Shown: positions 50,201 through 62,561 of the stretch, piece after piece
Layout: every line of letters starts with the position of its first letter
Numbering within the stretch: the first letter of the stretch is position 1
NCBI GenBank assembly: GCA_030141605.1
Contig: JAQGDQ010002376.1
Span: 168,422 to 232,421 of the forward strand
Length of the DNA: 64,000 nt
Reading direction: 5' to 3'
DNA from: Tubiluchus corallicola
Taxonomy: Eukaryota > Animalia > Priapulida
Position numbers and translations under genes: made by a program
The notes under the pieces: generated by a model
The model's database searches: none
What the model was told of the DNA's origin: nothing
What the model saw: only the letters and a program-made list of their open reading frames with translations

Positions 50201-53200
50201 CCTGGTTTTTCTGTTCAGAACAATGTAAATAGTAATAAGTCTTCGAGTGTTGCCGAAGTGCAATTGTCTAATCAACTGTTGAACGTATCTCAGACGTCTG
50301 CAAACAGAACACTAGTTTCATCGTCTGAACTGGGCCTAATGTTGCCATCAAACAGTGCTGGCTCCTCTGCAGCCAATAAAAGTACATTGTTGCAAACAAA
50401 CGTGATGCCATCTGCAGGAGGAAGCCAGCAACAGGCTTACAATAATAAAGCATATGGTCATCCACAAGTGTGTAATGCATTGCAAGCAACAACTACAATG
50501 ATGAAGGGAAGCAATTGCTTACCAGATTCGCAAGCAATGTCTCAGGTGAGACACCTGGCTGTAATATATTCCATACATTATATTTTTGTGCATAATATAT
50601 ATTACCATAAGAAGGTTACCCTAATATATTGGTGCATTTATTGTCGGTATTGAAGTTGCTGCTTCTGCTTACTTTATTCTTTTTTTGAATGCATTTAATA
50701 GTTTTTATCTGGGTATTTTCAGCAGTCTTCGTTAAAATTTTTTGTTTAAATTATTATTGTTAAATGTAAGCAAATCCATTTTATATTCCACAGAAAAACT
50801 GTTTTTTACATGGCTGAATAGTCTAATTATTGTCAACTAATTTATGCTTCTGTCTTTGTAAGTTTTGACTCAAAATGTCATTTGAAACAATATTAAAAAT
50901 CACAAGTTTGGCATTGGTGTTCATTTGTGCATTTTTCAGTAAATTTTTTGTTTGTTTTTCAATCTGATTACCTATTAGCTTATATACTCCAAATGTATAG
51001 CATGTTTGCATAAATCTCAAGTATGTATGTCAAAAGCTTTGTTAACATCTATATGCTTGGGATCTATGTGTACACTGGTACATCAAGATTTGATTAAGGT
51101 AACGTGTTTGTAATTGTTTTTTGCACGTTTAGTTTTCTGTTTTTCAGTTTGCTGCAACATCTTCAACCAACTCGCCTGTACCTCGACAGCAAATGATGCC
51201 AGCTACAGGTGATGCTCAATTCAACTCTTGCAGCACGGAATTCCCTATGGTCAGTAGTTGTCCAGCAGTAGGTGGTGCACCCCCACGAATGCCTTTGCCT
51301 GCACAAAGTTTGGCAGGTGGCACAGGCGATACAAGCTCAGCTGGTGGTGCACTTGGTGCAATGATGGCGCGTAATCAAAATGAGGTAATTTAGAAAATTT
51401 GAAATTAACCATGAAGAATTGTGTTTTAATTTGGTTTCAGTAACAGATAACTTTTTGCATCTCCTAACAGCCGAAATGGAAAGCAGAAACTGGCTGGGTC
51501 ACATATGAACTCGCTGTAAACTTCGTTCTGGGAAGAAAATCAGCAAATTCTATAAAGTATTTCAAAATTCGTGGATTAAAGTTATTGATACTTCTTCTTA
51601 TGGCTTTGTTGTTCGAAAATAAACTTCTTGGTGATTTAGAAAATATATGCCACCTTCGAAGAAACGCATCATAGTCTCAGAAACTTACAATCATAATGTA
51701 CATAATTATTATTCAGCTGATTCACATAAATGATGTTATTTAATTTCATCCCGCATGTAGTCATTTACAGACGAAGAAATGCTCAATTGCTTAAATTTTG
51801 CCTGTCATATATTTTGAACTAGTTAGAAGCTTTAAAAAGTTAGATGCTGTCGCCTTCTCAATTAATTTGTGGCTGTTTTGGTAAAATCTTTATTGAATTT
51901 TGACAGCCCAGTCAATCTGGTTCTACTCCAGCTACAGACCCGGAAAAAAGAAAGCTCATCCAGCAACAGCTAGTGTTGCTCTTGCATGCACATAAGTGTG
52001 CGCAACGTGAACGTCGTTCAGCTACCAATGGCGAGATACGACCGTGTCAGTTGCCTCACTGTAGAACCATGAAGGATGTATTGAATCATATGACCACTTG
52101 CCAGGATGGTCGAAGGTGCTTAGGTGAGTTGCATAATGTTAATATGTTGTCTATAGTGCTTTATATGTGTTAGAAAAATCTATTACCAGATTACAGTTTT
52201 GTTTAAAGCTGTTTCACCTATTTGTTGCTTCAAGAGATGGGGAGAATTTTACCTTATAGCAGTATCGTGTTTCTTTCATGAAATATCATGTAACATTGCC
52301 AGTTCCTTAGATACTCAGTTTTAATTATATATTTAGCTTGCTTCGGTTAGAATTACTCAGATATCTTTTTACTCGTGTTTGAGAGTGTATAATTGCTTTT
52401 GTTTTTAAGAGCCGCAGAATTGTTTCTGCAGCCAAAGCTATACAAAAAAATTCTGCCAAATTGCGGTTGTTCTAAAGTAACATAGAACTTAAGGAAATCA
52501 GAGCTCTAATTCGGATTCTGGTGAAGCTTTGTGACTTCCCATATTTGAATGCTATCTTATGACTATGCAAAACTCATTTCTGTTTTTAAATTATTAGTCC
52601 ATTTTGGTGCATTTCATTATCACCATAATAAATGTTATCACCATGTTTCTTTGTGCATTCATCGTTGTTTCATCTTAGATAAAGTAGTAGACCTTTAATC
52701 TGCCGCTATTCTTTCTTCATTTGTTTATTAACACTTACAAGCACCTTTTCGTAAGTAATTTTGTACTTTCCAACTTATAATGCTTCCAGTGAATGGTTGC
52801 GATGTACATTTGTAGAGGGCTTATGAGTATTGGCAAGACTGTGTTTGACAGTTCTTAATATTACATTAATTATTATGGTATAACAATTAAGTTCTTTAGC
52901 CAATTGAAGTACAATTTGAGATTATAAAGTGATGAGTTTTGAAAAATTCATCCCTTGTAAATGCTAGGTCATTGATTGCGGTTTTTATTTATATACAGTT
53001 CCTCATTGTGCATCGTCACGACAGATTATCACACATTGGAAGAACTGTACTCGGGCAGACTGTCCAGTGTGTTTGCCATTAAAGAATGCATCTGACAAGC
53101 GTCCAGTGTCCACGGTGGTGGCTATTACACAACAAAGCCAAATAGGAAGCACTGCTGCTGCTCCGCAATCCGGTACTATTGGAGTATCGATTCAGAGTGC

Positions 53201-56200
53201 GGAGCAGTTGTCTTCACAGCCCGTTCAAACAGCTCCTCTAGGTATGAAATTAAGCGCTACGTACTTATAACAAAATTAACAAACTGAACATTTAGTTAAA
53301 CAAATATTGTAAGTTTTTTCAAGAGAAAGTGGGAGGAGTGTTTTTACTTTTGTGCATGTCTTGTTTGTGTCTTTGTGGTGAGAACTTACTGCCGTTGTGA
53401 TAATTCTCCCATTAATTTGATTTTCTAGGTATGTCAAACATAACTGGACAGCCAAATTTTGTTAATGCACTCAGCAGTCAACCAATGGCCTTACTTTCCC
53501 AGTCTGATAAACTACCAAATATGGTTGTGAGCAGCATTAGCGTATCATCACAAAACAATCAAGCTCCAAACCAAATGATGCGACCAAAAAGGGCTCCACA
53601 GTTTTTGGGACAACATCAGCTAAGACCATGTATGTATTATATTTGCTTCATATTGTCTCTTGTAATAACTTAAATCTTGATTACGTTTGCGAAAATTTTG
53701 ATTAGAATGAGCTTGTATTTAATGTTACAAACTCGTTTTTATTAATTTGGAAATTGATTGTGCTTTGTTTGTTTACTGTACTACTGGTTTTGTTTGTTTT
53801 GTGCCTTCAGTTTATGCGTATTGAGTCGTAAACTGCTGAGTCTAATTAATTGTTATTTATGCAATTTCAGCTGCCATCGCATCTCATCTGACAGGCAATG
53901 GTACAACGGGTCCATCACTTCGGTTCACCTCACCGCCATTACCGGGCATTGCCTATGCGAATGGACCCACGAATCCTGCTCTGCCTCCAGGCGTGGCTAA
54001 TTCACCAATGGCAAATCAAAATCAGATGATAGGAGGGCTTCCCACAAGTGTCCATGCCGGATTACCACAGTCATTACAAGCTACTCTGCAGGAGCAACAG
54101 AGTTTATCACTACCGATTGTTCAGCCTGCATCTCAAAATCCTAAGCCGTGGCATAGTAATGTTGCCCCAGATCTGCGTAACCATTTAGTCCAAAAATTGT
54201 AAGTTATGTATTCTAGTTTTTACTTATTTAAGTTTTTAAATGCTTTATTCTTTATTATTATTTTTTTGTTATCGGTTTGCGTGTGCACGTAAAAATTATG
54301 GTAAAAATCGGCTAATTTGTCAGCTTCCTTGGTAAATAACACACTGCTTCACAACTGATGTGAAATGGCCGTCATTTGCAATTTGTATACTTAATTATTA
54401 GCTGTACCAATTCACATGCGTGCAAACTTGCCATATGTTTCTTTATAGCTTTAAGTTACTGTGCTGCGTGCTGCGAGTAAAAGAATAAAAGAATTGTACT
54501 ATTTTTTATTTTTTGGGAAATTGTTAAAACTGACTCTGTTTACTTATTTTAGTATTAACAAATTTCTTTTCCTGTCTGTCATCATCTATGATTTTAATAG
54601 TCATGACTACAGCATGACAATATTTTCAGGGTGCAAGCAATCTTCCCTACCCCTGACCCAGCTGCACTTCAGGATCGTAGGATGATTAACCTAGTCAAGT
54701 ATGCGCAGAAAGTGGAATCAGATATGTTTGAAACTGCAACAAGTCGAGTGAGTTGATTTTATTAGCATAGGTTTTTTTTTACTGTAACTTACTAGGCAAA
54801 AGTAAGAGTACGTTTGTTTTGTGTTCATAATGGGTGGTATTATATTAACGAATTGCTCAGGTTACCCGATTGATTGCTAGCTTTATTACCCTAATGGTGT
54901 CGTACAAATCTCGAAATCTGGTGAATTCTTATTAATTTTGTGCCATGATGTAACACTAATACATTTTGAATTGCTGCTTATAGGAAGCCTATTATCAACT
55001 ACTGGCTGAAAAGATTTATAAAATCCAGAAAGAATTAGAAGAAAAGCGACAAAACAGGCAACGAGGTGGGCAGCCTCACCCTTCTGATCATTTGAACCCC
55101 TCACAACTAGTCGTTATGTCAAGTAAGTGCAAGTTTATGTTCTGGTCAAAGCTGGTGGGTTTTGGCTGGTTTGGTAAATAGTTTCGAATTGATTTTATCC
55201 GCTGTTAATACTCATGAACCTCGGTTACTTAAAGAATTTTAGCTTGAGCGGACTTTGCGTTTACGTGAACCTTACCATTAGTAACTAAGTTTGTAGTATT
55301 GCTGTCGAGTTCTTTTATTCATCAGGTCACAGCTACTGCTCCAACAAATTATCATTGGTAAAGCTGGTTGCTTATTTGAAAACTATTCTAAAGCATTTTA
55401 AGCTATTTTTGTAATACATAGGAACCTCGACTTATGAAAACCTTATTATACAAAAAATTCAGAATACGAATCGGGTTTCGAAGAAATTTCCGTCCCAGTT
55501 AAACGTTCAAGATACGAAAACGAAAATCGAAAGTGCTGCCCGACAGCGGTACTCCCAGAATGCATTTCGTAGCATCACGTGAACGCTTTGTTGCGCTCTT
55601 ATCTCACGTGAACGCATTCTATAACCATGGGTCCGAAAAAATCAAGTGCCAGTGGCAGTGATAAGAAGAAAAGGATGATGTCGATGGAAACAAAGCTTGA
55701 AATTATAGCTAAATATGGCCAAATCGTGGGTCGAATTCCCTTTTTGCAATGGGTCGATGGTAATAATCCACATTTATTTCAATTAACCAAAGTCAGCCAT
55801 ATTGTCAATAAAACCTGGTAATTTTTGTTAACAGGTTATTTTTAAGGCAACATCCTTTGGTAACATCATCTAAATGACAACTCCTTTCCTGTACAGAGCA
55901 TTTAATTTTGTAAAAAGTACGAGCAAACTTGACTTGACTTTTTTTATAAAGTATTATATTTATATTATTGTATCTCCATAAAAATGCTATGCCATAAAAA
56001 CTACATAACAAAAGATCGGTTACACAAGCCAAATACAATGAGAACAGATTTTAAGTTACATAAATTTTTGAAATTTCCGTTTCTGCATTACTAAAATTGT
56101 GTCTGCAAGGCTTTATAGAATTTTGATTTATCTATGTATAGGCCTCAAAGTAAGCTGTTAACTTTTTCCTTCGCTTTTGGATATAATATAGCATGCATTA

Positions 56201-59200
56201 TTAGTGCACATGTAGTAGAATATCAGTGCAGTTCCTATTAAGTAAAAATAGGAACATTAAAGGCCTATATAATCCCTACAGACATTGAAATTTTTTTAAC
56301 ACATTATTATGGTAAAGCAAAGAAGTCGTAGTTATTATTATTAAAAAAACATAAATTAAATAACTTACCTTTTTCTGGCGAATTTTGAATGCATACATCG
56401 CCATGTTTCGTGTCTTTGGCGCAAGTGAGCAAAAATGATGTACGAGATACAAAAAGCGTCTTTGGTTACCGATATTTGGTGACTGTGTGACTGTACTCAT
56501 TAAGTTGTTAATTTAATATGGCTGACAATCAAGTGATAAAAAATTAAGAGTGACGAGTTTTACAGTAAGTTTATAATAAAATAAATTGAATATTCATATT
56601 GAGAGTAGGATATTAAGTTGTAAAAGCGTATATAATAGTGAGGGTTTAGTTTGACTTTAATGAAGTGAGAGCATGCGTGCTGGTTAACTACACAATCATT
56701 ATCACCACATTTGTTGAACATGCATATACACTAAAATTTGATCTGTGCATTGCGTCAATGTGTCGGGATTGGCAAAAACATATAATCTGAATTTATGTTT
56801 AGAAAACGTTCGACAAGAGCAGTGACATTTTTGGGTTTTTATTCTTCATAGGAGTTTTCTTTTCTAATAGCACAAAAATTAAAGCATAAACAATTATCAC
56901 ACCACAATCAAATCAACATGCGATTCCTGAAAATCAAATCAAACTGCCTGTGGTTGTGATTAAACATTCAATTTTTTCGTTCTTAACTCCGCACCACGGT
57001 TTAACGGCAAGATGCAGTATCTGCAGCTTCCGTAATACAAGCTTACGTAGTGCTATGTATGTTAAAGGTTTCCCCTGATCATGTGTATGTGGGAAATACG
57101 CAAGTTCCTAAAGCTAGTAAAAGAATTCTTGAACAGAAATTTTTCGCCGAGAGTGCCAAAAATCCTAATACACATGCTGTCTGAAATATTTTTTCAGTTA
57201 AAATTTAATACATTTGAACATTAAAAAAAATTTACTTGTTTGTATTACCAAAAAGGCAAATTAATGCTTAGCAAAAGCTATTCTGTGCTGAACGGAAGTA
57301 TAATAGCTGATTTCTCACGGCATGTGCTGATCGACCAAAATTAAGCAATACCAGACATAACTAGTAAGTGAGTGAGTGTATGTGTGAATCTGCTGTACTG
57401 CCTCACGACTATTATCACGTTGATATCGGAAATACAGTATATGCTTTCAAAACTGAAACTTCGAATACCTCTACAAAATTAAATGTTTCATTTTATAGCA
57501 TTTTTGTTGATTATGACTGTGACTGTCAAGATTATTACCTTGTTTATGAGCTAGGTCACTATTACCCAAACTTCAACGTTAGTGAGCATTCATAACTTAG
57601 TCATACAATAAAGCAAGCATCTGTTTAGTAAAATTCACACAGTACCTCTTGGGTTTCAGAATGTTTGCAGCTAAGCTTCATACAAAGCAAAAATGTAAAC
57701 AAAAATTGAAAAGTCTTAATTTTTCAGCAAATGTATACATAATGTACAGATTGGACAGAGGATTCCTGGATTTGATTTAAAACAACCAAAAAATTCAAAT
57801 CTGGCAAAGTTGTATCTGGTACTTTTGTATAATTTTAATTGCATACACGTAGTCCCGCATAACGCCTAGTACGACATTATAAACTAATTCTTTTTGTTTT
57901 AGATGGTTCATATCCATCATCCTGTATTCCAAGTGTGGACAGTGAGATTTTGTGTAATCCACCTGCACCCACCTTGCCAAATGTGCGACCGCATCAGCCC
58001 GGGGTGTCGCATCAGCCAACTCCATATAACATGCCTGCACAGTCAGCAAGCACCCAGTCTCTTATGTCACCACCTTTGCGGCACATGATAGAGCAAACAA
58101 CTAATGGAGGAAATTTTAATGTTGCATCTTCGATGGGGCCTGCATCAAATCAGGTAGATTAAATTTAATTCTTTTTGGTATGTTTGCATTATTAGAGAAT
58201 TCGGTAATGTAGCATCACCTTAACCAAAGAAAATGCATAATATATCAATTTGCTGGCTCTGTTAAATTTTATTGTGTTATCACTTTTCAGCAACACTTAA
58301 ACTGACATCTGTAAAGGGAAAACATTAATTAAACAATGGTGCTTTTATTTTCCAAACAGTCCTACTTAAGGGAATGTGTATAGCAAAAAACACATTTTAT
58401 TCTGTAGGTATCTAATATGGTTCCTTCATCAGATTCAATGTTAAATGGAACAGCTACTGGTTTGGGGAATTCTCAACCATCTGAATTATCAAACAATATG
58501 GAGGTATGGTGCTTACACAGTTGCTCATTTTTTTAACATTGAGACAGTAGTCCTAGATTTGTGTTGGCTTACTTTTTTATTTTCCCTGTATACACTTGTC
58601 TGTAGCACTTTGCGTTTCTGTTTTCCAGTATGATAAGATTGAAGCTACCCTTCACTTGCAGCGGCTGCAAATGCAACAACAGTTTCAGCGTCAATATCCG
58701 ACGTCTCAGTCAGCAGTATCGACCATGCCTATGTCAACTGAAAATCAGCAGCAGTCACAGCGTGCACTTTCTGGGCAGCAGTCTCTTTTTTCTCCCCTCC
58801 CTCAACAGGCACAAAAAGTGAGGGTTTATTTATAGTTCCAGCTACTACTTTTTATAGCTAAAATTTTATTAGTCAAAATTTTTGACATATTTCATTATTG
58901 GTTCAACATTAGTAGTTTCAAACTTTTCTTACGTGTATCAGAAGAATAATTTAATAAAAGAACAGTATTATTTTTAATATATAAATACTCAATGTCAACA
59001 TAATTAATAATGATTTTGTGATTTGCAGGGTGGCAGTACGCAAAGTTCACTAATGGGCGGAAATACACAGTCTTGCCTGAGTCAAAATGAAATCAAGCCG
59101 GAAGTGAAAGTAGAGGTTAAACAAGAGGTTATAAGTGATAACTTTCAGGAGCAAATTGGCGAGCAACAGCCAGAAGAGGTCGGCAACAGTGTTAAATCAG

Positions 59201-62200
59201 GACAGGAATCGCTGGTTAAAACCGAGACGGGTGACAGTGACGTTTCCACTAACAGTTGCAGTGATGCAGTTCAAGTAAAAGAGGAACCTGTCTCACCATC
59301 AGTATCCAAGCCAAAGCATAATAAAAAAGGCAATTATTTATCAGCCGACAATTTACTATTAAATTTATAACAATGTTTATGTCACCAATTAAGTACAAAA
59401 TAGAAAACTCTAGTAGTAGTATTTTAACATAATTTGCTTATAATAACAGGGTTCCCACGGTCAGGGAAAATCCTTGAAAATACAATCTATCCTGGAAAGT
59501 CAGGGAAAAGATAATTTGGTAAAAAGTCAGGGAAAGTGATGAAAATGGCGCAAAAAGTCAGGGAAATTGGAAAGGGCTGCAAAAATAATCACCGTGAACA
59601 AGTATTTTTCCAAACATATTTTTCAGCGATTAGTGTTCAAATAAAATGTTGCTATGGTAGGCTCCCAGTTTCGATTTCTGTTCCAAAAATAATGATTGGC
59701 AGACACATTATATATCAGTATATGTATGAATGTCCATATCCAAAAATGTTTGAATGTTTGACTGGTAATGCAATTCCTGCTTCTCTTTATCATAGAAAAG
59801 CAATATTTGGTCAGACAAAAGTCATGAAAGAGTCAGGGAAATTTATTTTAAAATTCTGTGGGAACCCTGTTATAGTTAAGATTAATTTTATTCTCTTTTT
59901 GGTATTCAAATCACCAGTAGTTAAACACAAAATAGAGCATTGTAAGTTGTCTTACACACATTGCAGGTTTAAAGTTTTCAGAATTCAGTCATACACTTAG
60001 CATACTTAATTCTCTCTACACCATGAAGGGCATAAGCCCGTGACACTCGTCTTCCAAACCCTTCTGTTTATTGCCACTGCTTTGACTGCACTCTAGCTCT
60101 TTCACCCTGCGTAACTCCTTTCTGCTTCCATTTTGCCTTTTTACATGTTGTTCTTGGTCTACCTCTTGCCCTTCTTCCTTCCAATTCAATTCCATCTCTT
60201 CTTCCTAAGTTCATCGCGCACTGCATTAATCCGCATGCTGTTTGCCACCTCCAGATTTGTCACCAGCTCCTGTCATCTAGTACTTAGTATCCTTCTCAGG
60301 CACAAACTGGAATGCCCCAAATTTCTTTTTCTCTGTCTTTGCCATCTTGAATGCCTCATTTCCATACATTAACACTGACCTCAGTACTTTGAATTTATTT
60401 TAGTCTGCCCTAATGCTCCTTGCTTTCTAGATCTTGTCAAGTCTTGTGTGTTGCAATGCTGTGCTTAACCTACTAATTATATCTTGTGTTCCTCCACTCA
60501 TGATTGACATTGTTACTTTCAAATATACGCATGTAGCCATAGCTAAGATTAATTTTATTCTGTTTAGTATTCAAACCAGACGAACTCCGTCAAGCCTTGA
60601 TGCCAACGCTAGAAAAGCTCTGTCGACAACCGGAGTCGATTCCATTTCGGACTGCTGTCGATCCCGTGTTGCTCAATATTCCAGTAAGCAGTTTTACTCA
60701 GCAATTTATTACACTTCTTATTTTTTATTCCAAATAGCTATTTGTGCTCTGTTTAAAACAGTAATAATAATGATAATTTATTTTTTACGAGCAATACACT
60801 GCGTCTCATCACATTAATATGAAATACGATTAGTCGTAAATTTTGAAAATTAAATACAGACTTGAACTACAGTGGATTCTCGTTACAAGAATCACACGTA
60901 TAAGAATCAGCTCGATATAAGAATCAAAATCGCGTTTCCCGAATTGAATTGGCATTTTCCTAGTGAAAATCCGCTCGTATAAGAATCACCCTTCTTTCGA
61001 TAGTAGAATCAATTTTGGCACCAACTCCATTGTCTCTCATGACCTGTTTACATGGTTCTGCGCAGTGGGCGTGGCGGACACCACAGAGATTTCAAATTTG
61101 TTTGTTTGCGTGTCAGTCAGTTGAAAAATGGCATCCAAACGGAAAACCAAACTCGGATTGGTGGCACGAGGCTTCGAGGACAACCTTCAATTGAAACGGC
61201 TGGGAGCCGAAATTGACCGCCTCACCAGAGGAGAAATGAAGCAAAGCAAGCTATCGATATTTTTCAAGCAGTAGTAGTAGTTTGTAGATGTAGAGTTTTC
61301 TGTCATCTCCAGCACAATTTCGGAAAAAAAATTATGTGCATTAAAAAAATTTTAAGGCAATTCTGGCATCATGAAATATTTACCCAACCATTAAATAAAA
61401 ACATTAGTCTAGGAAGTTTTAGGTCCTTTTTAGGCCAGAAAAACATTATGCTGTTTCATGTCGTTTCTAGCGTAATTTCGGGAAATAAATAATTTTATGT
61501 GCATAAAAAAATTTTAAAGCATTTCTGGGTCATGCTCGTTATAAGAATCACTTTGCCTTCTCCCGAGGTGATTCTTATAACGAGAGTCCACTGTACTAGT
61601 AAAATGCTATCAATACAGGTCAAAAACAGAAAACCAAACATTCTAAAACAGTAATAGATTAGCAGCACACTCAAAAAATTTTTTAATTAGATTGAAAAAT
61701 ATTTTATATAATAGCAATCAGGTGAAATGAAAATTAAGTGAAATTACCTAGATTACTTCTGGTTGCAAGTGTGTATTAAAATGTCTAATATAAAAACGAG
61801 GATGAGACAAATCTAGTACAAATAGTTACTACAGTGTTTATGAAATTCTAAACAGGTATGTCTTTAGTCTTTGCTTAAAACAGTCCATTGTTTTGCTGCC
61901 GCGTAGATGACGGTAATCTGTTCCAGAAATGTGCCGCAAATATAGTTAACTATTTTTTGTAGGATTATTACGACATAATCAAAAACCCAATGGATCTCTC
62001 GTGTATAAAACAAAAACTGGACACTGGTCAATACAAGAACCCATGGGAATATGTAGACGATGTCTGGTTGATGTTTGACAATGCTTGGGTGTATAATAAG
62101 AAAAACACCAGAGTTTACAAATTCTCCTCAAAGGTAAGTCTGAATTACGTGATATTGACTTTCTCTATAACTGTTGTTAATTAAAATTATTACTAATAAT

Positions 62201-62561
62201 CTTGCTAAATGTCCATTAAGATTCAAGCACATTTTGCAGGTATTTGAGTATTGAGTTTCTCTAGAATATTGACATTATTTGGAACTGATAATAATCATGA
62301 TAAATGTAGTGTGTGATTTACGCATTTACCTCTGGCTGATTGCTAATTCATTTCTCTTGAAATAAAGAATTGCAACCTAATTATTTTTTACTGTGCTTTG
62401 CAGTTAGCAGAAGTATTTGAACAAGAAATAGATCCGGTCATGCAGAGTCTTGGATTTTGCTGTGGCCGGAAATGGGTCTTCCAACCCCAATCTTTGTTTT
62501 GCTATGGGAAGAATTTGTGCACTATACCACGTGATGCTATTTACTACAGTTATTTAAACAG
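47110..62561 (+). CDS. CREBBP: CREB-binding protein / p300 histone acetyltransferase (KAT3), 5' part; continues beyond the window
   Basis: Exons: 47110-47206, 49818-50545, 51148-51384, 51907-52123, 52999-53241, 53429-53629, 53871-54198, 54630-54747, 54984-55122, 57903-58153, 58408-58503, 58629-58817, 59029-59329, 60568-60683, 61963-62133, 62404-62561. N-terminus MAERHQ...[10 protein letters not shown] resembles the p300 NLS region. TAZ1, KIX, bromodomain and the start of the RING region are present in the expected order. Confidence 0.95.
49818..50545 (+). CDS. CREBBP: CBP/p300 exon 2: nuclear-receptor-interaction and Ser-rich disordered region
   Basis: TTTTCAG acceptor and GTGAGA donor; LxxLL motif LARLL at 49943-49957; accounts for the 301-aa ORF in the track. 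Confidence 0.85.
51907..53241 (+). CDS. CREBBP: CBP/p300 TAZ1 (CH1) zinc finger exons
   Basis: [21 protein letters not shown]...[19 protein letters not shown]...[35 protein letters not shown]. Confidence 0.95.
53871..55122 (+). CDS. CREBBP: CBP/p300 KIX domain exons
   Basis: [35 protein letters not shown]...[20 protein letters not shown] across three exons. Confidence 0.95.
55417..55720 (+). mobile_element. Tigger/pogo 5' fragment with transposase N-terminus
   Basis: TA + CATAGGAACCTCGACTTATGAA TIR-like start; ORF at 55627, [30 protein letters not shown], resembles the CENP-B/Tigger HTH N-terminus and is then truncated. Confidence 0.7.
59447..59869. mobile_element. hAT-like MITE
   Basis: Perfect 12-bp TIRs CAGGGTTCCCAC/GTGGGAACCCTG; several GTCAGGGAAA subterminal repeats; TSD unclear. 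Confidence 0.75.
59990..60538 (-). mobile_element. RTE-clade LINE 3' fragment
   Basis: The minus strand gives a degenerate RT C-terminus ([10 protein letters not shown]...[12 protein letters not shown]...CLRRIL...[12 protein letters not shown]) and an RTE-like 3' end (GCTTATGCCC...GAGAATTAAGTATG). Confidence 0.75.
60568..62561 (+). CDS. CREBBP: CBP/p300 bromodomain and start of RING region exons
   Basis: [94 protein letters not shown]. Confidence 0.95.
60870..61593 (+). mobile_element. pogo/Tigger internal-deletion element (MITE) containing a 48-aa ORF
   Basis: 26-bp TIRs CAGTGGATTCTCGTTACAAGAATCAC / GTGATTCTTATAACGAGAGTCCACTG (24/26 match), TA TSDs, repeated TAAGAATCA subterminal motifs; ORF at 61128-61274. 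Confidence 0.88.
61845..61942 (-). mobile_element. L2-type LINE 3' coding remnant just upstream of a bromodomain exon acceptor
   Basis: Minus strand reads [11 protein letters not shown]...[11 protein letters not shown]. Confidence 0.55.

Noticed and set aside
59536-60000. 154-aa ORF in the CBP intron
   Set aside because: Runs through a non-coding hAT-like MITE and the duplicated acceptor; no recognisable domain.
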